IMG/VR virus record: IMGVR_UViG_3300030058_000001
Length of the DNA stretch: 60,131 nucleotides
Direction: 5' to 3' (one strand)
Origin: a virus
In this document: piece after piece, positions 53,039 to 60,131 of the stretch
Numbering within the stretch: position 1 is the first letter of the stretch
Layout: each line of letters opens with the position of its first letter
The notes under the pieces: generated by a model
What the model saw: the letters and a program-made list of their open reading frames with translations, nothing else
The model's database searches: none
Told to the model about the DNA's origin: nothing
Made by a program: the position numbers and the translations under genes

Positions 53039-53622
53039 AGTGGTATCCAGTTGGCAGTGATGTGCCGTGGGCTTGTGTTGTTTGGGTGAATGGTGGCGTG
53101 CATCAGCTCGCCAGCATCGACGCTTAGAATGGCCCGCTCGCTGCGCGCCATGTTCACGAACACGTTATCTTCGCCAACGTTGCACGCCTTGAATGGATGC
53201 GCCTGCCACCAACTGCGCAGGTAGCAGAGCGAGGTTCCCAGGGCATAGTCGCTGGTGCCCTGATACCTCCACCAGCGGCCGCCATCGGTGAAGCGCATCG
53301 CGTTGTAGCCGGTGACTGCAATACCGTTTAGCCGCGGGATCTGATCGGCGAGTCGCCCAGGGGCGCTCCAGTCGTCATCATCCCAGTGACAGATCACGTC
53401 ACCCTGGGCGCGGCCGCAACCGAAGTTGCGCTTTTCCCCTATGGTGCGGACCTCGCTTAGATGGATTAAGCGAACGCGGTCATCGTCCGGCAGTAGGTCT
53501 CGAACGTCCTGGCCGTCCGCCAGAATAAGAAGTTCCGCCTGGGGATAGGTTTGCTTTTGGAAGCAGGCTATCGCTTTCGGTAGCCACGTTCGCCGGTTCC
53601 GCGTTAGACACAGGCACGTCAC
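53035..53622 (-). CDS. family-2 glycosyltransferase (GTG start)
   Basis: CLCLTRNRRTWLPKAIACFQKQTYPQAELLILADG...HWDDDDW. GGAG lies 8 nt upstream. Confidence 0.65.
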   Translation of the reverse strand: MTCLCLTRNRRTWLPKAIACFQKQTYPQAELLILADGQDVRDLLPDDDRVRLIHLSEVRTIGEKRNFGCGRAQGDVICHWDDDDWSAPGRLADQIPRLNGIAVTGYNAMRFTDGGRWWRYQGTSDYALGTSLCYLRSWWQAHPFKACNVGEDNVFVNMARSERAILSVDAGELMHATIHPNNTSPRHITANWIPL

Positions 53623-53845
53623 GAAACGGACTCCGCGGGCTCACCATAGGAGCTTGCGGGTTGATGACTTTTGTCTCGTACTCGATGGTCGGAGGTGCTG
53701 CTTGGCGAGCCATGCCGGTCTTGATTAGCTTGTGAGCCGTATCGTCGGCCACATCGAACTGCTGGTTCGCTTCAACCATGCCGTACTCGCCGCGCAGTTG
53801 ACTATTTGCAATGAGTCTCATCTGTTCCTCTGCCGTGCGCTTCAA
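53480..53845 (-). CDS. hypothetical protein downstream of the capsid gene. Its 3' end overlaps the glycosyltransferase gene by ~140 nt, so the true extent is uncertain.
   Basis: ORF track; alternative ATG at 53821. Confidence 0.3.
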   Translation of the reverse strand: MKRTAEEQMRLIANSQLRGEYGMVEANQQFDVADDTAHKLIKTGMARQAAPPTIEYETKVINPQAPMVSPRSPFRDVPVSNAEPANVATESDSLLPKANLSPGGTSYSGGRPGRSRPTAGR

Positions 53846-53885
53846 CAGCGGGGAAGCTGTTACGCCGCCCCGCCGTCTCAGCCGG

Positions 53886-55112
53886 TTAAGCTACTTGGCT
53901 TGGTGAAGAACTGAAGGTGCCGCTGACAAAGCTGTTGGGACGTTTGGTCAACAGCGCCATCCGTTTCTCAGCCCTGATCGCCACCAGGTTGCGAACAAAG
54001 TAATCAGCGTTCTCAGTCGAGATTTCCACTTGCATTTCCATGCGGTCGCGGATCTCGACTGCCACCTGATTGCCGTTGCCAACGAGAAACGTACCCTGCG
54101 CGATTGACGTGGTGTAAACCACATCAAGCCCGAAGAGGTTAGGTCGCACGTTGATTTGCGGGTCGCCCAGAATGTACCGGCCAAAAGAGTCTTTGGTCAA
54201 ACGGATGGTCCACCAGTCGTTCGTGTTGAGCACAACGAATGTCGGATCGATCTCCTTGGCCGCGTTGATCTGCTGGATAGCAGTTCCGATGACGTCCATG
54301 AAGTTCCAACCCCTGACTGAATTCAGGTACGTTGGAACATACGTGGATGCCTGCGGGATGAGACCGTGCAGATTTTCACCGGTATCATCACCTGCTAAAA
54401 GCTGAAGCTCTTCCTCCAAATTGATGTAGTACGGAAGGCTGGCCTTAATGAATCCCATCAGCTCAACAAAGTCGTCAAGCACCTGTTTTGTCGCCGGGAT
54501 CCAGGTTGCGATCAGCCTTACCTTTTCGCTGATCGAAGTGAAGGTGAGTTGGTTCTCCGGCTTGAGCGATGCCTCAGGAACGGGAGAGCCAGGGGAAAGC
54601 GGCTGACTAACTTTCACGAAATCCACCACCTGCATGGTGGTCGGTCGCGAGGGTAGCAAGTCCCGAATCATTAGGACTTGACGCGCCTCCGCCGTGATCC
54701 CTGAAGTGCGGTCGATTTGCAACACCCCGGTGGTTGCGACTCCAACTGGGTTAAGCGGATCGCCTTCAGAGGTGCCGGATACCGTTGCGCTGATGATTGA
54801 CTTCTTGTCCATCAGCTCCATGACATCCTTTCCCTTCAGGTGCAGAACGGCGCTGCCACGACGGTCCTTGAGCAGGCGTTGAATGCTCTCAGACTCCTTG
54901 ACGGTCTTGGCCAACGTTGGTCCCTGGCCCTGATCGGCAATGATCTTGTTCGCAAGCTTCAGATCGATCCCGTCTAGCTGGGCCTGAATCTTGGTTACGG
55001 TTTCTTTGGTTGACAGGGCCATGGTGCCAAATTCTTTTGTCTCAGCGGCAGCCTTGTCGACGTAGGTTTTCAGCTCTGTCTGCAGGGCAGTGAGCTGGTC
55101 TTTTAGTTCCAT
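53886..55112 (-). CDS. major capsid protein, HK97 family
   Basis: 408 aa with an N-terminal coiled-coil delta-like region (MELKDQLTALQTELKTYVDKAAAE). Follows the prohead protease. Confidence 0.85.
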   Translation of the reverse strand: MELKDQLTALQTELKTYVDKAAAETKEFGTMALSTKETVTKIQAQLDGIDLKLANKIIADQGQGPTLAKTVKESESIQRLLKDRRGSAVLHLKGKDVMELMDKKSIISATVSGTSEGDPLNPVGVATTGVLQIDRTSGITAEARQVLMIRDLLPSRPTTMQVVDFVKVSQPLSPGSPVPEASLKPENQLTFTSISEKVRLIATWIPATKQVLDDFVELMGFIKASLPYYINLEEELQLLAGDDTGENLHGLIPQASTYVPTYLNSVRGWNFMDVIGTAIQQINAAKEIDPTFVVLNTNDWWTIRLTKDSFGRYILGDPQINVRPNLFGLDVVYTTSIAQGTFLVGNGNQVAVEIRDRMEMQVEISTENADYFVRNLVAIRAEKRMALLTKRPNSFVSGTFSSSPSQVA

Positions 55113-55148
55113 TGTCGAAGTCCTTTTCTATTGGATTTCCAGAATTGG

Positions 55149-56243
55149 TTACGCTTTCGGGATGAGCGCCCTCATGTTGGTGAGGATTGCTTCGGCTGCC
55201 GAGTGGTCTTCTGCTACCGGCTCGGGCTTGCTTTTCTTTGCGGCTTGCGATGCTGGAGTGCCGCCGCCCTTGTTACCGTCGTCGTCACCGTCAGTGTCGT
55301 TGGTGTCGTCTTCGGTATCGTCGGTATCGTCGTCGGCTTCATCATCGAAAAGTGCTCCGAAAATATCGGAGAGGCCCTTAACGTGTTCGTGGGCCTCGTC
55401 CAAACTCTTTTTGGTGGCCGCGCTAAACTTGCGGCCCTCCTTGCTCTCTAGCTTCCGGACGGCCGCGAACATCTTCACGCCGCGGCTCAGCATACGTGCA
55501 AAGCTTTTCTCTTCATGATGCAGCTTGTTCATCAGGCTCATATCGCCGTACTCAGCTGCCAAGTAGTCCAGATACTGTGGCAGATACTCCATGTAGGCGG
55601 CCAGGAACTGCTCGATGGTGGTCTGCGAAGCTGCCACCTTGTCCTCCTTCGTCAGGCCGCTTGCCCAGGTCACGGAGCCGAGCGCCTGGAACAATGCGTA
55701 GCGCATCTGGTAGCCGACGTCCTGAAGCTGAATTTGCGCAAGCTCCGTGGTGAAGTCATCTTTGGTTTCCGGTGCCCCGGCGCCGGCGCGCTTCACGGAT
55801 GTGATCATGGCCATTTCATTCATTGGGAACGTGACGATGCTGCCCTCCCAGAGCCGTACCTCTTTCAACATGCGGACGCCGTTCTCGACAGAATCCTTGA
55901 TGGTGTCGTAGCCAATCGACAGACCCTTGATGACCTTGGCCTTGATCAGGATGTATGCCTTCTTCGCGTCCGGCAGCTCCAGTAGTAACTGGCCCTTCAC
56001 CTTAAGGGCTGTCGGGCTGTCGATCAGAGTGAGAGAGCCGATTGGCGTGTCCGCGTTGTGCTGCCACAGCAGTGGCACCGTGCCGCCGCGTTCCTTCATC
56101 GTCTTGGCAAAGGCTCCGGGCTCGATTAGGTCGCCGCCCAGGTCAGTTTGGTTGTAGACTGCGAGGTCGCCTTCAAAGCTGCCGTCCTCGGCCATCGCCT
56201 TGATTTGTACCGGGATGGATCGCTTTTGCTGTTTAGCTGCCAT
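55149..56243 (-). CDS. HK97-family prohead protease with a C-terminal scaffold-like extension and an acidic tract
   Basis: GSFEGDLAVYNQTDLGGDLIEPGAF...VPLLWQHN. C-terminal DDEADDDTDDTEDDTNDTDGDDDG. Confidence 0.8.
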   Translation of the reverse strand: MAAKQQKRSIPVQIKAMAEDGSFEGDLAVYNQTDLGGDLIEPGAFAKTMKERGGTVPLLWQHNADTPIGSLTLIDSPTALKVKGQLLLELPDAKKAYILIKAKVIKGLSIGYDTIKDSVENGVRMLKEVRLWEGSIVTFPMNEMAMITSVKRAGAGAPETKDDFTTELAQIQLQDVGYQMRYALFQALGSVTWASGLTKEDKVAASQTTIEQFLAAYMEYLPQYLDYLAAEYGDMSLMNKLHHEEKSFARMLSRGVKMFAAVRKLESKEGRKFSAATKKSLDEAHEHVKGLSDIFGALFDDEADDDTDDTEDDTNDTDGDDDGNKGGGTPASQAAKKSKPEPVAEDHSAAEAILTNMRALIPKA

Positions 56244-56285
56244 TGTTTACCCCTTTAAACCCCTCTTTTAAACAGGAACGATTTA

Positions 56286-57674
56286 TCACTCGCTGATGCG
56301 AACAAGCGATGGTGCTTGGCTTGCTGGTGCTGTGGCGGCTCCTGCTGCAGGCGGAACCGTCTGCATGTTGAGCTGAATGTAGTGACCGTCGCCGCCCTTG
56401 AACGGATTCCAGTCCTCGAGGTCGCGCACCTCGTTGTCGCTTGCGATACCGTTCTGAAGCATGATTGAGTAGCCCTGCATCCGGGTCAGGAAGTCGCCGC
56501 GTAAAAGCTCGTTAGTGTTGTGCTTGAAGTAGTAGCCCTGGCCCTTCTCTTCTGGCGTTAGGAGGCAGCGCCACAGGTCTTGCTCCCACCTGGTGAACCA
56601 CGATTGCATCGTGACCTTGATGAATTCCAAGGCAAGCTGCTCGATGTTGGAAAAGGTTGCGCGGCTCAGGTCACCAACCAGATGCGGGGACACCAGAAAC
56701 CAACGGCAGATTTCATGGATGTCGAATAGCCGGGTTTCGATCAACTGCGAATCGACTGCGTTCAGGCCGATCTGCTGATACTTGAGTCCGTTCTCGAGGA
56801 TGGGTACCTTATGCGGCTCGGCGTATGTCTTTTCCCAGTCAGCGCGGAACTTGTCAAAGGCGGCGTCATTCTCAAAGTGTTTGTCGTTGGTGAGCAGGTA
56901 CGGTATGCGTCCGCCGTTCGCGTAGAACCTGGCTACGTTGCGTTCTGCTGAGATGGCAGTCCCAATGCTCTGCCGGGCCATAGTGATGACGGAATATCCG
57001 CGCAACCCGTCCCACCCAAGCCCGCGGATGTGGAGGATGTCTTGCGCCTTCCCAGGGGTCAGAGCATACGTTGTTTCATTGTTCGTTGCGTTGCTGGTGA
57101 GCCCGTCCTTGATGATGTAGACCAGCCTGCGCTGGCCCGTCTTCTCGCGGTCCACGCGCACCTGGCCTGGGTCCAAGCCACGTAACTCAATGGCGGTGCC
57201 AGTGGCGCTGCGCCGGATGATCTGAGCGTATCCGTTGCCGTCAAGCAGCGTGTGACTGGTACGTGTCTCCTTGAAGCTCATCGCGGACATCTCGTCGTTG
57301 ACCGCGTTGCGCAGGGCCGAGAACATCGGGTGATCGGTTGCCAGCTCCTTTGCGTTCTTCTTCTGCTGGAGCATCGCGAGCGGCGTTGCGCCCTGGGTTT
57401 CGCTTATGAGCCTGTTGCATGCCCACACGACCGAATGGTTGAGCGCGGTCCCCAGGCTGACAGGCTCTCCCGACCAGGCTGGCATACCGCCAGAGAGCAT
57501 CGTGTAAATGCCCGGATATCCGTTGCGTGCGTACCAGCCAGCATTAACGGCGTCAAAGGAAACGCCGCCGCCGCTCTTGCGACCACTGATGTCCAGCTCC
57601 AGCGTTTCGTCGCCCATGCCGGCGCGCACCGCTTTGACGACACTCTTTACCGCGTCCGTGATGGCTGGGAACAC
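56286..57674 (-). CDS. portal protein, HK97 family
   Basis: 462 aa between the large terminase and the protease. Confidence 0.85.
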   Translation of the reverse strand: MFPAITDAVKSVVKAVRAGMGDETLELDISGRKSGGGVSFDAVNAGWYARNGYPGIYTMLSGGMPAWSGEPVSLGTALNHSVVWACNRLISETQGATPLAMLQQKKNAKELATDHPMFSALRNAVNDEMSAMSFKETRTSHTLLDGNGYAQIIRRSATGTAIELRGLDPGQVRVDREKTGQRRLVYIIKDGLTSNATNNETTYALTPGKAQDILHIRGLGWDGLRGYSVITMARQSIGTAISAERNVARFYANGGRIPYLLTNDKHFENDAAFDKFRADWEKTYAEPHKVPILENGLKYQQIGLNAVDSQLIETRLFDIHEICRWFLVSPHLVGDLSRATFSNIEQLALEFIKVTMQSWFTRWEQDLWRCLLTPEEKGQGYYFKHNTNELLRGDFLTRMQGYSIMLQNGIASDNEVRDLEDWNPFKGGDGHYIQLNMQTVPPAAGAATAPASQAPSLVRISE

Positions 57675-59369
57675 TTAGTTTAGGCTCCGGAGTCCGGTGT
57701 ATGGGATCGTGTCGGATTCGGCGACCAGGCCGCGGTTGAGAAGGGTCACAGTGGCCGCGAGTCCGTCGATGCGCTTGGATGACTTGAGGCGCTCGGGCTT
57801 CGATGGCTGGCAGTTATCCTTTCGGTCGTATTGAAGCTGCAGACAGGCAGCGTGCCAGTTGTAGATCGGGTTATTGCCGTGGCGGATTTTCTGGTCAAGG
57901 TAGGAGCTAAGAATGAACTTGGTAGGGTAACCCAACTGCATGAAGTTCTGTTGCACTTCCACCGCGTTGATGCCCTCGTCGAGGAGCTCCATCGCCTCGG
58001 TGCGAAAGTTGCAGCGGTCGAACGCCAGGTCGCGCAGCTCAAACATCTGCCTACCCCAGCGGATTCGCTCCTTGACCGCGCGGAGGTCGATACCGTTGCC
58101 CGGCGTGGCCTCAAGAAAGCCGCGGGCAATCCAGTCCGAGAACGGCAGACGGCAGATGCGCTCAAGCTCCGCGACCCGCTCTTGTGGCACCCAAAAGAAC
58201 GGTAGGAAGGTCCATGCAGCGAGTCCGCCGAACGGTGGAAAGCCGAACACGACCGCGGTCATATCGGTTGTCCATGACGCGTCAACGCCAACCCAGCACG
58301 GCTTGTCGAGCAGATTCCACTTTTTGATCAGATAGTCCACATCGTAGGTTGGCCACTCGCGCAGATCGACATCCCCTCCGCACGCGAGCCACTTGGACAT
58401 GTCGATGATGGGAGCCTGCTGCGTGGCAATGGGAGTGTTCAAATGGTAGCGAAGATATTTCGTCTTCTGAGCCGGCTGAGTCAACGCCTTGTCCATCTCG
58501 CGGACGATAGCGCTGTCCTTAAGAAACCCACCGTTGTCTTCGTGGCTGGGGTTTGCGGCGACGCGCGCCTCTCGTGATTTCCAATAGTTTGGATCCGCAT
58601 CGAGCTTTTTCTTGTCCGCTTCCCAGATCGCTGCATAGAAGCCAGGCACGGGGACGGCGCCGCTCAGCACCTGCTTAGCAAGCTCATACTCCTGAAACCA
58701 CAGCGGCGATTCGTACTCAGCGCCCGCTGTGGTGATTGCAAGGTCCAGCGGTTCGTCGCGAGATATCTGCCCCTTGGTCGTGACGTCGTACAGCGTCTCG
58801 GCCTTTGAACTCCTCCAGCGGTGCATCTCATCGCGAATCAGCAGGCTCGGCCTGATGCCGTCCTGCACGTCGCCATCCGCTGAGAGCACCTGATACATGC
58901 CGCCGCCATCACGCCGCACGATACGCTTGGTGCTGGGGATAACCTTCAGCCGCGAGCGAAGATCAGGGTTGGCGTTCACCAGCATGGCCGCTGCCTTGAA
59001 GACGATGCCGGCCTGCTCCTTGGCGGCCGCTGCGCCATAGGCTTCTGGGTTCAATTCGTCTTCCATGGTGATGTGATAGAGGGGCAACCCGCCCGTGAGA
59101 AACGATTTTCCATTCTGCTTACCTGTCGAGACGTAACCGCGCTGGTAGCGCCGCGCCCCGTCTTCCAGCCGCACGGTTCCGAAAATGTCTCGGATGACTT
59201 TTCTGTGCCAGCCGAGTAGGCGATACCCGAGCGGCGGATAAAGAATCTCTGAGTAGAAGCGTTCGACCTTGCAACCGCGGCACATCGGCTTGCCGTTGTC
59301 GCGCGTCTCGCACCACGTGTCGGCGCTGCACCAGAAACAAGTGGCTGGCTTGTACTCACGACTACCCAC
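57675..59369 (-). CDS. terL: terminase large subunit
   Basis: 564 aa. Walker-A-like TGKQNGKS. Adjacent to the P27-type small subunit and the portal. Confidence 0.85.
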   Translation of the reverse strand: MGSREYKPATCFWCSADTWCETRDNGKPMCRGCKVERFYSEILYPPLGYRLLGWHRKVIRDIFGTVRLEDGARRYQRGYVSTGKQNGKSFLTGGLPLYHITMEDELNPEAYGAAAAKEQAGIVFKAAAMLVNANPDLRSRLKVIPSTKRIVRRDGGGMYQVLSADGDVQDGIRPSLLIRDEMHRWRSSKAETLYDVTTKGQISRDEPLDLAITTAGAEYESPLWFQEYELAKQVLSGAVPVPGFYAAIWEADKKKLDADPNYWKSREARVAANPSHEDNGGFLKDSAIVREMDKALTQPAQKTKYLRYHLNTPIATQQAPIIDMSKWLACGGDVDLREWPTYDVDYLIKKWNLLDKPCWVGVDASWTTDMTAVVFGFPPFGGLAAWTFLPFFWVPQERVAELERICRLPFSDWIARGFLEATPGNGIDLRAVKERIRWGRQMFELRDLAFDRCNFRTEAMELLDEGINAVEVQQNFMQLGYPTKFILSSYLDQKIRHGNNPIYNWHAACLQLQYDRKDNCQPSKPERLKSSKRIDGLAATVTLLNRGLVAESDTIPYTGLRSLN

Positions 59370-59880
59370 ACAGCTTCAGCTCAAGCGGGTCTACGATCCC
59401 GCGTGCCCCGTCTGGGTTACTCTCGATGCGCGAGCGCGACGAGGGAGTCAGACCAAACTCGCGGCGCTCAATGATGACGCGGTTGGCGAGACTGCGAATG
59501 GCGCTCATGGCAAGCCGGCCGCTGGTCATGTTCAGAATCGCGAAGAGAGCGCCGCCGGGGATCTTCTTTTTCTCCTCGCGGGCTTTCTTCTCGAGTGCAG
59601 CGACCATCTGCCAGATGCCGGAGTAGACCTCGGAGAGAATGGCTTCATCTTCGGCCAGCTGCCACAGAGCTCGCTGGTCGACATGACAGAGCAGCCCCGT
59701 GTACTGCATCTCCCCGACAAGCTCATCCCAGACAGCTCTCGCCTGGCGGCTCATCTTCTTTGGTCTCGTCGGCACACCTAGCGCATACTGCGGCTCATTC
59801 TCCGGCAACGGGCGGCGCGACGGGTTGCCTTCGAGCTTCCGGACGGCTGTCGGCTTCGGTGCTGGACCACGTAAACCCAT
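59362..59880 (-). CDS. terS: terminase small subunit, P27 family
   Basis: MGLRGPAPKPTAVRKLEGNPSRRPL...RAVWDELV...FGLTPSSRSRI. Start set to the internal ATG at 59880. Confidence 0.8.
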   Translation of the reverse strand: MGLRGPAPKPTAVRKLEGNPSRRPLPENEPQYALGVPTRPKKMSRQARAVWDELVGEMQYTGLLCHVDQRALWQLAEDEAILSEVYSGIWQMVAALEKKAREEKKKIPGGALFAILNMTSGRLAMSAIRSLANRVIIERREFGLTPSSRSRIESNPDGARGIVDPLELKLCG

Positions 59881-59919
59881 ACCCCCCCTGATTCCATCCG
59901 CTGAGATAAACTGAACTCT

Positions 59920-60131
59920 GTGACAGGCACCGAAACACTCTGCAAATGCATCACGCTTCACGCGCACTGGGCCGAGGCCATCTTCGCTCTCGGCAAGGAT
60001 GTAGAGAACCGCACCTGGGGGACCCCGTACCGCGGCCTCCTGGCGATTCACGCTGGGGCACAGGTGGATGCCGACATCTGCGGAACGCTTCTGCTGAACC
60101 CGCATAGACTGAGACGCTCTGCCATTATTGG
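59920..60131 (+). CDS. ASCH-domain protein, N-terminal part (continues at 128..323 across the circular junction; ~135 aa in total); GTG start
   Basis: In-frame stop at 59902-59904, then GTG 59920. The translation ...KCITLHAHWAEAIFALGKDVENRTW... continues into ORF 60..323. Confidence 0.5.
   Translation, partial: MTGTETLCKCITLHAHWAEAIFALGKDVENRTWGTPYRGLLAIHAGAQVDADICGTLLLNPHRLRRSAII
60005..60131. repeat. Terminal direct repeat, copy 2 (identical to 1..127)
   Basis: Exact identity by eye. Confidence 0.95.

Overview
The window is a complete, circularly closed phage genome. Bases 1-127 are identical to 60005-60131, so the unique length is 60,004 bp. This looks like an assembler overlap, and one gene spans the junction. 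By eye the sequence is GC-rich and densely coding.

All family names below come from motifs I recognised in the translations. No database search was possible.

Module map:
- Late block on the minus strand, running leftwards through the junction:
  - Lysis and accessory genes at 5420 to 283: membrane protein, GH24-like endolysin, HNH endonuclease, ParB-like protein, ABC-ATPase/GNAT fusion.
  - One plus-strand ASCH gene across the junction.
  - Structural genes from 59880 down to 33007: P27-type small terminase, large terminase, HK97-type portal, prohead protease, major capsid, three family-2 glycosyltransferases plus a tiny membrane protein, head-tail joining genes, major tail, chaperone pair, tape measure, an RcGTA/lambda-like distal tail set (distal tail, gpL-like, NlpC/P60, 1134-aa host-specificity protein), then four or five fibre genes and an SGNH esterase.
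- Early recombination and replication block on the plus strand, 5758-18541: annealing-protein candidate, Cas4-like exonuclease, Rad50-like ATPase, DnaD-like replication protein, DnaB, HNH endonuclease.
- A leftward block (18544-22426) and a rightward block (22586-27711) of small accessory genes, diverging from a putative switch region. A ribbon-helix-helix (RHH) regulator faces a C2H2 zinc-finger protein across that region.
- Lysogeny module: tyrosine integrase (27818-28975), an attP with a tRNA-Cys-like 3' half and TGACACAA arm repeats, and two tandem Xis-like helix-turn-helix (HTH) genes about 3.4 kb away.

Most unusual observation: a strand-polar, degenerate repeat with an 18-nt period.
- Two cores alternate, GAGCACCA and GAGCGAGCCA. 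I counted roughly 65-70 copies by hand.
- It forms a 760-bp array at 14436-15196, directly after an HNH gene.
- Shorter arrays fill the intergenic gaps that bracket a zinc-ribbon gene, an IS110-like protein that seems to have only the C-terminal helix-hairpin-helix domain (no DEDD nuclease domain), and a 248-aa unknown protein.
- A further mini-array runs in phase into the start codon of the Rad50-like ATPase gene.
- I could not match it to any repeat class I know (CRISPR, classical iterons, parS).

Other notable points:
- The glycosyltransferase cassette sits inside the head module.
- Two genes are interrupted by +1 frameshifts.
- A zinc-finger protein leads each of three rightward gene blocks.
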